From: a virus
Lineage: Duplodnaviria > Caudoviricetes
Strand: one strand, 5' to 3'
DNA: 64,000 bases
IMG/VR virus record: IMGVR_UViG_3300024346_000003
Shown here: in pieces, positions 49,319-59,128 of the stretch
How positions within the stretch are numbered: position 1 is the first letter of the stretch
Layout: each line of letters opens with the position of its first letter
Made by a program: the position numbers and the translations under genes
Notes under the pieces: generated by a model
The model's database searches: none
What the model saw: only the letters and a program-made list of their open reading frames with translations
Told to the model about the DNA's origin: nothing

Positions 49319-49735
49319 ATGGAATTTATATATTCTAAAATAGAACCTGAAAAATTATTACATATAATTAATAGGTTTGATGAAATATCTGGTAGACAAG
49401 AGGTAGTCCCAGAAAATAATTTCATACAATGTGCAACTCTAAAAATGGAAAAGGGTAAGACATTTAAACCACATAAACATATTGAGAAATCTAGGACTTA
49501 TGATAAACAAATTGCACAAGAAAGTTGGGTGATTATTAAAGGTTCTGTTAAATGTAAGTTTTACGATATTGATGACCAGTTAATTGCTGAACCAATATTA
49601 TATCCTGGTGATGCTAGTTACACATTGTACGGTGGTCACACATATGAAATATTAGAAGAAGATACTGTAGTTTATGAATATAAAACTGGACCATATGAAG
49701 GTCAAGCGTTAGATAAAACATTTTTACATGATTGA
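49319..49735 (+). CDS. WbuC-like cupin (sugar-nucleotide isomerase/epimerase)
   Basis: PHKH...QESWVIIKG...GGHTYEILE...YEYKTGPY. Confidence 0.65.
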   Translation: MEFIYSKIEPEKLLHIINRFDEISGRQEVVPENNFIQCATLKMEKGKTFKPHKHIEKSRTYDKQIAQESWVIIKGSVKCKFYDIDDQLIAEPILYPGDASYTLYGGHTYEILEEDTVVYEYKTGPYEGQALDKTFLHD

Positions 49736-50237
49736 TGTCTTTATACATAAAGATGTTGAATTTAAAATAGAACCACTATTTGGGAATCATATTGCCATCG
49801 ATAAAGGTGTTTATATAACAGTTCAAGCTAAAATAGGTGATTACACACATATAAGCCCATACGTCACAATAATTGGTGGTAAAGAAGGGTATTTCGAATG
49901 CCATGGCTTTAATAACATAATGTCTGGAGCTAGGATAATTTGTGGTTCCGATAGGTTTGATGATAGTGGGTTATTCGGGGCACTAATACCTAAAGAATAT
50001 AAAGGTAAACAAATAATAGAACCTATAATTATGGAAGAATTCTCAAATATTGGTTCTAACGCAATAGTACTACCAGGGTCAAGGCTCAGGAAGGGGGTAT
50101 TACTAAGTGCTGGTAGTTTATTAATTGGTGACACCGAAGAATGGGGGGTTTATAAGGGTAACCCAGCTGTTTTAGTTAAAAAAATAGATGGTAATAAAAT
50201 AATGACTTTATCTAAAAAATTAAAAAATGAATATTAG
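49728..50237 (+). CDS. hexapeptide-repeat sugar acyltransferase (VioB/WcaF-like)
   Basis: IGDYTHISPYVTIIGG, IGSNAIVLPG, YKGNPA. Confidence 0.8.
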   Translation: MIDVFIHKDVEFKIEPLFGNHIAIDKGVYITVQAKIGDYTHISPYVTIIGGKEGYFECHGFNNIMSGARIICGSDRFDDSGLFGALIPKEYKGKQIIEPIIMEEFSNIGSNAIVLPGSRLRKGVLLSAGSLLIGDTEEWGVYKGNPAVLVKKIDGNKIMTLSKKLKNEY

Positions 50238-51108
50238 TGAATTTAGAAAAAATATAATTAATAAGGGTAGATGTACAAAACACGGTATAAGTGGTAATGT
50301 TAATATAAAAGTACATGGTTTTGGTGTTGGTGGTTGTTTTACTATTTTGTTTAACTGGTTAGCTTTATTTGGTGACGATGTTGATAATATATATGTCGAA
50401 GTGTCTGATGAATGGAAACAAACACTTGGAGTTAATAAAAATATTTTTGATTTAATCTTAGACCAAAAAAAATTACATAATGCAAATGAAATAACGATAT
50501 TTGGTCATCATTTAATTAATTTTAATGATGAAATATTAAACGATATAAGAAGTATAATAAATAAAAAAATAAAAATAAAACCAGAAATATTAAAAAAATT
50601 AGACGATTATTTATTATCTAATGATATTAAGGATATAAATTCCTTATGTGGTGTACATGTTAGGTTAACAGACATGGCAGAATATCATAAAGGTGTTTAT
50701 GGTAATATAAACTTCAGTACATATCTTAATGAAATGGAAAAATTAAATAATAATGTTAAATTTTTTATAGCATCTGATAATGCTGAAAGTATTGGTAAAT
50801 TAAAAAATAAATTTAAAAATAGAATACATTATATAGAAGGTATAGGTAGAGTCAATAAAGAAACTGAACATGGTGAAGTTGTCGTGTTAACCAATAATAA
50901 AAAAAAGTTCGAATTAGGTATAACTAGACTTAATAATGATGAAAAAATAATAAATGATTTTATCGATTTATTAGCATTATCTAAATGTAATAAAATTATA
51001 GGTATGAAATATAGTATATATAAAATAGCTGCCCTATTATTATCAAATACAATAACACAAAATAATAATATAGAATTACCATTAAACTTTAAATTAAAAA
51101 ATGAATAA
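50227..51108 (+). CDS. fucosyltransferase-like protein (NodZ/GT23/POFUT GT-B fold)
   Basis: GVHVRLTD, FFIASDN, IDLLALSKCNKIIG..S. Confidence 0.6.
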   Translation: MNISEFRKNIINKGRCTKHGISGNVNIKVHGFGVGGCFTILFNWLALFGDDVDNIYVEVSDEWKQTLGVNKNIFDLILDQKKLHNANEITIFGHHLINFNDEILNDIRSIINKKIKIKPEILKKLDDYLLSNDIKDINSLCGVHVRLTDMAEYHKGVYGNINFSTYLNEMEKLNNNVKFFIASDNAESIGKLKNKFKNRIHYIEGIGRVNKETEHGEVVVLTNNKKKFELGITRLNNDEKIINDFIDLLALSKCNKIIGMKYSIYKIAALLLSNTITQNNNIELPLNFKLKNE

Positions 51109-51859
51109 TAAATATAAATACAATAGTTGGCCTTTAGGTAAGGTACCTAAAGAATTACAAAGACCAGAACTTGATGAATTAAAAAATATTGGATACGAAT
51201 TCTCAGACCCAAGAGATGTAGTTGATATATTTGAAGAAAAAGTTGCAAAATTTGCTGGAAGTAAATATGCAGTATCAGTTGATTGCTGTTCACATGGTTT
51301 ATTCTTATCATTAAAATATTTAGAATCAATTGGGGAAACAATTCAAAATATTGATTCACTAAAATATAAATTTGGTGAAATAACAATACCAAGCAGAACA
51401 TATGTTTCAGCACCAATGCAAATAAATCAAGCTGGATATACTGTTAAATTTGAAGATGTGGAATGGAGTGGGTTATATCAATTGCAACCAACTAGGATTT
51501 GGGATGGTGCAGTTAGATGGACTAAAGATATGTATGTTGGTGATAACGCATTACAAATAGTGTCATTCCAGATTAAAAAACGAATACCTATAGGTAAGGG
51601 TGGTATAATTTTAACAGATGATGAAAAAGCATACGAATGGTTGAAATTAGCTAGATATGACGGTAGAGATATGTCTGTACCATATACTGATGATAAACAT
51701 ATTTTGATGATGGGTTATCATATGTATATGACACCAGAAGATGCTGCTAGAGGTATTATACTAATAGATGCTGTAAATAAGTATACTGAAGAACATGAAG
51801 ATTCTGGTGGTTATTTAAATTATACAAATATATCTGAATTAAAAGTTTTTAATAAATAA
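51101..51859 (+). CDS. DegT/DnrJ-family PLP aminotransferase (short, 252 aa)
   Basis: FEEKVAKFAGSKYAV, TIPSRTYVS, SFQIKK..IGKGG, GYHMYM. Confidence 0.75.
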   Translation: MNNKYKYNSWPLGKVPKELQRPELDELKNIGYEFSDPRDVVDIFEEKVAKFAGSKYAVSVDCCSHGLFLSLKYLESIGETIQNIDSLKYKFGEITIPSRTYVSAPMQINQAGYTVKFEDVEWSGLYQLQPTRIWDGAVRWTKDMYVGDNALQIVSFQIKKRIPIGKGGIILTDDEKAYEWLKLARYDGRDMSVPYTDDKHILMMGYHMYMTPEDAARGIILIDAVNKYTEEHEDSGGYLNYTNISELKVFNK

Positions 51860-51906
51860 TTAACCTTTACTTTTAATTAATAATTTTTAAATTAAATGAA
51901 AAAAAT

Positions 51907-52881
51907 ATGAATAAAAAAGCATTTATAACGGGTATTGCTGGACAAGATGGTAGTTACCTTGCTGAATATCTATTGTCATTAGGTTATGAAATACATGGTA
52001 TAATTAGAAGGAATTCATTTGTTGAAGGTCAACAAGCTAGATTAACCGAAATTAATACTAAAATAAATTTACATTATGGTGATTTACTAGACCAATCATC
52101 ACTTGAAAGATTATTATATGATATACAACCAGATGAGATTTATAATTTAGGGGCCCAAAGTCATGTTAGAATTAGTTTTGATATTCCACAATTTACTGTT
52201 CAAACAAATGCATTAGGTGTATTAAATATACTTGAGGCTTATAAACGAGCATGCCCTAACGCTAGATTTTACCAAGCTAGTTCGAGTGAAATGTTTGGTA
52301 ATAGTGTTGATTTAGACGGATTCCAAAGAGAAACAACACCAATGCACCCTGTTAGCCCATATGGTTGCTCAAAATTATTTGGGTATTCGATTGTTAGAAA
52401 TTATAGAAATGCATATAAATTACATGCTACTAATGGTATATTATTTAATCATGAATCACCCAGAAGAGGTTCTAATTTTGTGACAAATAAAGTTGTAAAA
52501 ACAGCAGTTGAAATTAAATTAGGGTTAAACGATAAATTAGTTTTGGGTAATATGGATAGTTATCGAGACTGGGGTCACTCAAAAGATTATGTTAGAGCTA
52601 TGCATTTAATTAATAACCATCACACACCAGATGATTTTGTTGTGTCAACAATGGAAACGCATTCAGTTAGAGAAATGGTTGAATACGTATTTAAAAAAAT
52701 AGATATGGATTATGAACAATATGTTAGCCAAGACTCTAAATTTATAAGACCAGAAGAGTTAAAATATTTAAAAGGTGACTCAACAAAAATTAGAACAATG
52801 CTTGGTTGGGAACCAGAATATACATTTGAAACATTAATGGATGATATGATTGATGGTTGGTTTACTTTATTAAAAAAATAA
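51907..52881 (+). CDS. gmd: GDP-mannose 4,6-dehydratase
   Basis: TGIAGQDGSYLAE, AQSHVRISF, YQASSSEMFG, SPYGCSK, LFNHESPRRG, RDWGH. Confidence 0.95.
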   Translation: MNKKAFITGIAGQDGSYLAEYLLSLGYEIHGIIRRNSFVEGQQARLTEINTKINLHYGDLLDQSSLERLLYDIQPDEIYNLGAQSHVRISFDIPQFTVQTNALGVLNILEAYKRACPNARFYQASSSEMFGNSVDLDGFQRETTPMHPVSPYGCSKLFGYSIVRNYRNAYKLHATNGILFNHESPRRGSNFVTNKVVKTAVEIKLGLNDKLVLGNMDSYRDWGHSKDYVRAMHLINNHHTPDDFVVSTMETHSVREMVEYVFKKIDMDYEQYVSQDSKFIRPEELKYLKGDSTKIRTMLGWEPEYTFETLMDDMIDGWFTLLKK

Positions 52882-52883
52882 TT

Positions 52884-53594
52884 ATGGAGTTTACAAGCGG
52901 GGTAAATAAAGATTTTACTGAAGACATTAAAATAATGTTTAATGCTTTGAAAAATGGTGAAAAATTTTCATTCAGCAAATACGCTGATGGTGAATATGCA
53001 ATCTTAATTAATAGAAAAATAACTAACTGCGATAACTGGACATACAACCCAGAATTACACCAATTATATAGAGATGAATTAATGGAGTCATATCAATATA
53101 GTGTAGACGGTTATTATGTTGGTATATCGTGTCCTTGTTGTGTTGGTGATATTGACACCAAATGGATGCGTGATAATGTTATGGTTGGTGACAAAAACTT
53201 AACATGGGCGAATATTCTAGTAAATGGTAATTATAATTTTTTTAAAGAAAATTTTATACCAGAATTTAAGAACCATAATATAATTTTAGTTGCGAATGAA
53301 AATGCTAATATTAAAAATTTACCATTTGATGTTGAAGAACACATAAAGGTAACTGGTACAGCATGGAAAGATAATTTTAGTTTATTAGAGTCATTACCTA
53401 ATAAAGATTATACTGATAAATTATTTTTATTTTGTGCTGGACCACTAGGGAATATGTTAGCATATAATATGTGGAAAAAAAATAAAAAAAATACCTATAT
53501 GGATATAGGGTCAACACTAAACACTTGGTTAGTTGGTAATAACAGAGGATATCTTATGGGTAGTCCTACAATAAATAAAATATGTAATTGGTAA
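52884..53594 (+). CDS. GT-D fold (DUF1792-like) glycosyltransferase
   Basis: FSFSKYADGE, LFCAGPLG, MDIGS; start moved to 52884. Confidence 0.55.
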   Translation: MEFTSGVNKDFTEDIKIMFNALKNGEKFSFSKYADGEYAILINRKITNCDNWTYNPELHQLYRDELMESYQYSVDGYYVGISCPCCVGDIDTKWMRDNVMVGDKNLTWANILVNGNYNFFKENFIPEFKNHNIILVANENANIKNLPFDVEEHIKVTGTAWKDNFSLLESLPNKDYTDKLFLFCAGPLGNMLAYNMWKKNKKNTYMDIGSTLNTWLVGNNRGYLMGSPTINKICNW

Positions 53595-53597
53595 ATT

Positions 53598-54206
53598 ATG
53601 GGAGCAGATAGTAAATATTGCAAAGAAGCGTATCCGATACCAGAAGGTATCAATAAAAAAATAGCTATAGATATAGGTGCAAATATAGGTGGTTTCTCAA
53701 CTGCTTATCATAAAGATTTTGAAAAAATAATATTTTTTGAGGCAAATCCAAATGCATTCGAAATTGCTAAAAATAACACAAATAATTTTAAAAATGTTGA
53801 AGGTTATAATTTAGCGGTATCTGATGAAAGTGGCAAGGTGTTAAAACTGATGAATCACTTTAGTAAAGATTTAGGTAGTGTAAGTTGCTCACCAAGTATA
53901 ACGGGTGTAAATAAAGATTGGGTCGAATCTATTGGGGAGATACAAACAACCTCATTAGAAGATATATTTAAAATGATTGGGAACCAAAGAATTAATTACT
54001 TAAAATTAGATTGTGAAAATTCTGAATATGAAATATTAATGAATAAAGATTTATCAAACATTGATTATATAGCTATGGAATTACATTGGCAAATGGGTGA
54101 AGAAAAATATAAAGAATTATTGGATTATGTATCTAAATTTTTCAAAGTAAGTGGTAATACAAATTTTATTGTTGATAGAAACACGTTAATTTATTTATCA
54201 AAATGA
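53598..54206 (+). CDS. FkbM-family methyltransferase
   Basis: AIDIGANIGGF, FFEAN, LKLDCENSEY. Confidence 0.85.
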   Translation: MGADSKYCKEAYPIPEGINKKIAIDIGANIGGFSTAYHKDFEKIIFFEANPNAFEIAKNNTNNFKNVEGYNLAVSDESGKVLKLMNHFSKDLGSVSCSPSITGVNKDWVESIGEIQTTSLEDIFKMIGNQRINYLKLDCENSEYEILMNKDLSNIDYIAMELHWQMGEEKYKELLDYVSKFFKVSGNTNFIVDRNTLIYLSK

Positions 54207-55201
54207 TATTATTAACTTATGGTACTAGACCAGAATGGATTAAAATCAAACCATTGGTAAATAAAATGACTGAAGAAAATATTCAGTTTAAAACATTATT
54301 TACTGGTCAACATAAGGATTTGGTGTCAAATGATGCTGATTATAATATCAACATGTCTGATATTTCTGAAAATAGATTAGATAATATAATAAATAATTGT
54401 ACCAACTTACCAAATAATATATTTGATGGTATAACACATGTTTTAGTTCAAGGTGATACTAGCTCAGCCCTCGGCTTGGCAATTACAGCATTTCATAGAC
54501 AAATAAAGATTATACATTTAGAAGCTGGTTTAAGGACTTACAATTATTCAAACCCATACCCAGAAGAAATGAATAGACAGTTAATAGGTAGGGTATCAGA
54601 CATCAACTTATGTCCAACACTTTATAATATGGATAATTTGAAAAATGAAAATGTTATGGGTGAATCATATGTTGTTGGAAATACAGGTTTGGATAATTTA
54701 CTTCAGCATAAGCATATGGTGACGTATGAAGATATCGTTTTAATCACATTACATAGACGTGAAAATCATGAAAAAATTGAATCATGGTTTAATGAAATTA
54801 ATAAATTGGCCTTAGAGTTTCCGAATATTAAATTCATATTACCCATACACCCAAACCCAAATGTTAGAAAATATAAAGATATATTAACTAATATTGAAGT
54901 GGTTGAACCATTATCACATAGTGAATTACTGGAAATTTTGATTAAATGTAAATTAGTTATAACTGATAGTGGTGGGTTACAAGAAGAGTGTTCGTTTTTG
55001 AATAAAAAATGTTTGGTTTGTAGAGAAATAACTGAACGACCTGAATCAATAGGATTCACTACTTTTATGGTGAAAAAACCAAAAGATTTAAATTTAATAT
55101 TTAATGTACATATTTATGAGTATGATGTAAATTATACGTCACCTTTTGGTGATGGTCATGCATCTGAAAAAATAATAAAAATATTTAAAGATGTTTTATA
55201 A
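54203..55201 (+). CDS. wecB: UDP-N-acetylglucosamine 2-epimerase (non-hydrolysing)
   Basis: GTRPEWIK, TGQH, VQGDT, HLEAGLR, PYPEEMNR, TLHRREN, TDSGGLQEE, PFGDG. Confidence 0.95.
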   Translation: MILLTYGTRPEWIKIKPLVNKMTEENIQFKTLFTGQHKDLVSNDADYNINMSDISENRLDNIINNCTNLPNNIFDGITHVLVQGDTSSALGLAITAFHRQIKIIHLEAGLRTYNYSNPYPEEMNRQLIGRVSDINLCPTLYNMDNLKNENVMGESYVVGNTGLDNLLQHKHMVTYEDIVLITLHRRENHEKIESWFNEINKLALEFPNIKFILPIHPNPNVRKYKDILTNIEVVEPLSHSELLEILIKCKLVITDSGGLQEECSFLNKKCLVCREITERPESIGFTTFMVKKPKDLNLIFNVHIYEYDVNYTSPFGDGHASEKIIKIFKDVL

Positions 55202-56166
55202 TGGAAAATATAGAAAATTCCGATATCTGCTTTTTAATACCATCATTTAATAGATACGAAAAGTTATGTAATCTATTGACTCAAATAAGTGGGTACACTG
55301 GGGTTAACACAATAATATATAATGATGCATCAACAATTGGTAATTATGCTAATATTGAAACCTTATATACAAATACTAAAGTAATTAAGGGTGAAAACAA
55401 CAATGGTAGAGCAAAATTTGATTTGACGATAAAAACGTTATTTAAAGAAGGTATGAAAACCGATTTTAAATATTTCATTTTAATTGCTGACGATATGGGA
55501 TTATGTGATGATTTTGTACATCACCTTAAACCACTATTGGATGAAAAAACAATAGTTAACTTGTTTTCATTAAGTGATGGAGGATGGGCCTGTACAGCAT
55601 ATATAGACGGTGTGTTCTCAATAAGTAAAATGGGGTTGGAAATTGTATACAATTTGTTACCAAATAAATCTAGAGATGAAAATCAGAAATCAACTGGTGT
55701 TTGGTCATCAGTTACTACTAAATTTTGTAGACAAAAAACTTATGGATATAGATTAGCATGTTTGAACTACACATTAGTTCAACACTATGGTAATGAGGAT
55801 TCTAAATTACATTTTAAGTTTAGAAAATTAAGACCAATTGTGGCTCATAATTTTTACAATGATTTTTATGGTAATGAAATAAAAATTGTTAGTTATTCGG
55901 GATTGTCGACTAAGGTAAAAAAAAAAGACATATCAAATGGTAAAAATAGTAAAAATAATAGCGTTGTTGAACCATATGTTGAACCAAATGTTGAACCAAA
56001 ACCAACACAACCAATCATTAACTCACCAATAGAATATGATAAAAGTAAGTTAAATAATATTAGGGAAGGTTTAAATAAACAAAAACAAAGTAGAATAACT
56101 AAAATTAATGATGATGTTTTTTTGGCTAAAGTTAGAAAACGGAATTTAAAGTTAGGTGGTAGGTAA
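55201..56166 (+). CDS. GT2-like glycosyltransferase with basic C-terminal tail
   Basis: FLIPSFNR, IYNDAS, ILIADD, TLVQHYG. Confidence 0.65.
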   Translation: MENIENSDICFLIPSFNRYEKLCNLLTQISGYTGVNTIIYNDASTIGNYANIETLYTNTKVIKGENNNGRAKFDLTIKTLFKEGMKTDFKYFILIADDMGLCDDFVHHLKPLLDEKTIVNLFSLSDGGWACTAYIDGVFSISKMGLEIVYNLLPNKSRDENQKSTGVWSSVTTKFCRQKTYGYRLACLNYTLVQHYGNEDSKLHFKFRKLRPIVAHNFYNDFYGNEIKIVSYSGLSTKVKKKDISNGKNSKNNSVVEPYVEPNVEPKPTQPIINSPIEYDKSKLNNIREGLNKQKQSRITKINDDVFLAKVRKRNLKLGGR

Positions 56167-56171
56167 TTATG

Positions 56172-56202
56172 TTTACATTTTTTAAGATATTAATTATATT
56201 AG
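56172..56202 (+). promoter_or_regulatory. host-type promoter
   Basis: TTTAC-N18-TATATTAG. Confidence 0.45.
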
Positions 56203-56214
56203 TTTAAAAAATAT

Positions 56215-57210
56215 ATGAGTAATTGGATTAAGAAGCAAATAACAAATATAGCAATCGCTATGGGTAATACTGAAAAAAATGCATTCGGTCAAGAGGGTAT
56301 TGAGATTAGTGCTGACACTGCAAAACACCAAAGATTAAATCAAAACTCAGTAATGGACGCTCTACTTCGTGGTGAAATAACTGAAGAAGTTGAAAAATTA
56401 AGATGGAGAATGTATAAAACTACAGCTTCACTTAAAAATTATGGTAGTAAAGTTATTGGTTACGATGATGACGGATACCCAATAATGGAAACAAGTTATT
56501 ATGGTGATGAAGATAGATTATTAAAAATAAAAACAGAACCAACCGATACTTATCCATTAATTATGGTTATAGATAATACAAATATAAGTTCTGGTGTTGG
56601 TGCATCATTAAATCGAGATATTCAAATTTATAAAGAATCTGAAGAATCAACAACTGAAAATATTATAGATGAAAGTATTTTGAATATTGATGATTCAGTT
56701 AATGCTGAAACTAATATATCTTTAAATATTGGCGATAGTAAAACTATTGGTGAAACTAAAGACAATACTACCCAATTAAATCTACCAATATCAATCACTA
56801 GGGAACATAGACCTAAATTTGAATTGGAAAACCACACAAAAAAATTACATGTTAAAAAAATATCACATAAAGAATTTTTATTAGAATTCTTTATATCAAA
56901 ATATCCTGAACAATTTGATAAAAATCACCATTTCTTCTTATCAGATATTAAAAAAATAATAGCAACCCCAACTAAATATAATTCAACTGTTGATATTAAA
57001 CAAGTATCATTCATAACAAATAACGCAGTTGGTGTACCTGATTTCTTAGAATTTGAATATTCAATAAACAAATTTGATAAAATTGTAGAATTCAATGAAT
57101 TTTATGTAGTTAAATTCATTGCTACTGTTACAGTTGAAGCAAAAAGTATTATTGAAAAATACAAAAATGAAGAATTAGAACAAAAATATAACAATAAAGA
57201 AAAACGTTAA
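56215..57210 (+). CDS. hypothetical protein
   Basis: 331-aa ORF. Confidence 0.6.
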   Translation: MSNWIKKQITNIAIAMGNTEKNAFGQEGIEISADTAKHQRLNQNSVMDALLRGEITEEVEKLRWRMYKTTASLKNYGSKVIGYDDDGYPIMETSYYGDEDRLLKIKTEPTDTYPLIMVIDNTNISSGVGASLNRDIQIYKESEESTTENIIDESILNIDDSVNAETNISLNIGDSKTIGETKDNTTQLNLPISITREHRPKFELENHTKKLHVKKISHKEFLLEFFISKYPEQFDKNHHFFLSDIKKIIATPTKYNSTVDIKQVSFITNNAVGVPDFLEFEYSINKFDKIVEFNEFYVVKFIATVTVEAKSIIEKYKNEELEQKYNNKEKR

Positions 57211-57211
57211 T

Positions 57212-58096
57212 ATGGCCAGACCTAAAAAAGTAACACCCGAATTTGAATCAACAGCTAGACCAGTCGTCAGAACCGCTAAAAAAGTATTAAGTAAAGAAGA
57301 ACTATTAACCAGTATTAGGTTATCTATAAAATGTAAAAACGAAACACAAAAGAAATTAATAAACACTATTAAAGATAATGATGTCACCATCTGTACTGGC
57401 GTAGCTGGTACTGGTAAAACATTAATTAGTGTATATGAGGCATTAACATTATTTAAAGCACACCCAACTATCTATAAAGAGATTAAATTGGTTAAATCAA
57501 TCACACAATTGAAAAATGAAGAGTTAGGTACATTACCTGGTGATGAGAAAGATAAACTTAAATTCCATATGATGTCTTTCTTAGATGCATTTCATAAGTT
57601 AATAGGTGAAGACTTAACAAATAAGTTAATTGAATATGGGTTAATTAAAATGGAAGTGTTTGGGGCGATTAGAGGTAGGTCTTTTACTAATTCCATAATC
57701 ATCATAGATGAGTTCCAAAATATATCAAAGGACAACGCTAAAACGTTCCTAACTCGATTCTCAGAAGATACTAAAGTAATTGTATTAGGAGATTCTGGTC
57801 AAATTGATTTGAAGAACAAAAAGGATAGTGCACTGGAACCATTAGTTAACAAAGTTAAAAATAAACCAGTTGAAGGTGTTGATATTGTTGTATTTGACAA
57901 ATCTGATGTTGTAAGACATAGATTAACATCATACTTTATCGATGTATTTGAAGAAATTATTGCAGATGACGAACCTAAGAAAAATATTAATACTGTTAAA
58001 CCACCAAATCCACCAAAGTCAAAAATGGTAAGAGAAGGAGGTAAATTAGTCTGGTTGAGAAAACTTAAAATATTTTTTAAAAGAAAATTCAAGTAA
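57212..58096 (+). CDS. phoH: PhoH-family ATPase
   Basis: GVAGTGKT, LGTLPG, IRGRSF, IIDEFQN, GDSGQID, VVRH. Confidence 0.9.
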   Translation: MARPKKVTPEFESTARPVVRTAKKVLSKEELLTSIRLSIKCKNETQKKLINTIKDNDVTICTGVAGTGKTLISVYEALTLFKAHPTIYKEIKLVKSITQLKNEELGTLPGDEKDKLKFHMMSFLDAFHKLIGEDLTNKLIEYGLIKMEVFGAIRGRSFTNSIIIIDEFQNISKDNAKTFLTRFSEDTKVIVLGDSGQIDLKNKKDSALEPLVNKVKNKPVEGVDIVVFDKSDVVRHRLTSYFIDVFEEIIADDEPKKNINTVKPPNPPKSKMVREGGKLVWLRKLKIFFKRKFK

Positions 58097-58098
58097 AC

Positions 58099-58129
58099 TT
58101 TACTTTAATATCTAATTCCAGTATCATTG
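58099..58129 (+). promoter_or_regulatory. host-type promoter, nearly leaderless
   Basis: TTTAC-N18-TATCATTG ending 4 nt before the ATG at 58134. Confidence 0.45.
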
Positions 58130-58133
58130 TTAT

Positions 58134-58742
58134 ATGAAAATTGGGATTAGTATTAACGAAGTTTTAAGGGACACATTGTCTCAGATGGATTATACTTATA
58201 GTAAGTATATCACAGGTAAAGATACAACTATAACTAGAGATGAAATTACATCATTTAATCTAGAAAAACATTTTGTATTTGACTCTAAAAAAGATTTAAA
58301 TCGTTTTTTATATGATGAAGCGAGTTTAGAGATTTTTGGACATGCAGACCAGATGGTTGAAAATTTGATGACTAAATTCAACATGTTTTTAGTTGATATT
58401 GAAGAAGAAGAAGAACACACTATTGAAATAGTTAGTAGAGAATTCTTAAGAAGTATCCCATCAACATTATTTTTCCTATCTAAATTAGGGTGTAGAGCAT
58501 CAAATATACGATTCGTAAAACAACATGATGAAGAGTGGGGTGATTTAGATGTACTTATTACAGCAAACCCTGAAGCCTTAAAAAACAAACCAAAAGATAA
58601 AATTTCAGTAAAAATCAAAGCACCTTACAATAGCGATGTTGTAGGTGATTTTGAATTGGATTCAATCTTAGATTTTATTATGGATGGTGCATTAAGAGAT
58701 AAAATTTTAAACACAAAAATAACAACGCAAGAACAATTATAA
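58134..58742 (+). CDS. 5'(3')-deoxyribonucleotidase-like HAD-fold protein, degenerate active site
   Basis: MKIGISINEVLRD in place of IxxDxDGVLxD; DVLIT, APYN. Confidence 0.45.
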   Translation: MKIGISINEVLRDTLSQMDYTYSKYITGKDTTITRDEITSFNLEKHFVFDSKKDLNRFLYDEASLEIFGHADQMVENLMTKFNMFLVDIEEEEEHTIEIVSREFLRSIPSTLFFLSKLGCRASNIRFVKQHDEEWGDLDVLITANPEALKNKPKDKISVKIKAPYNSDVVGDFELDSILDFIMDGALRDKILNTKITTQEQL

Positions 58743-58743
58743 G

Positions 58744-59106
58744 ATGGAAGATATTATTCTAGAATTTGGAGGAATTGCCTACTACCTTGATTTTGATGGG
58801 CTCGAAAATATATTAAAACCTGATGCTGATTTAGAATCTGGTGAGATTGAAGAGAGTGAAACTAAAACAACATATATCCAAGGTGGTATTGAGAAAACAG
58901 AAGTAATAATTAAAAAATACCATAAAGGTAAAGAAATTGATATTTCGAAATATGAAACATATAGAACTTTAATAGAAATACTATTATCGTATAATGAAGA
59001 GAGTGATGATACTTTAGGTCCTGAAAGAGGTTTAAATAGCACACCACTTCCATTTAAAATAGCATTTAATACCTTAGTAAAATACAAAGTACTAAAGGAA
59101 TTATAA
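58744..59106 (+). CDS. hypothetical protein
   Basis: 120 aa, acidic. Confidence 0.6.
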   Translation: MEDIILEFGGIAYYLDFDGLENILKPDADLESGEIEESETKTTYIQGGIEKTEVIIKKYHKGKEIDISKYETYRTLIEILLSYNEESDDTLGPERGLNSTPLPFKIAFNTLVKYKVLKEL

Positions 59107-59128
59107 TAACAAACAAATAAAATTAGTT

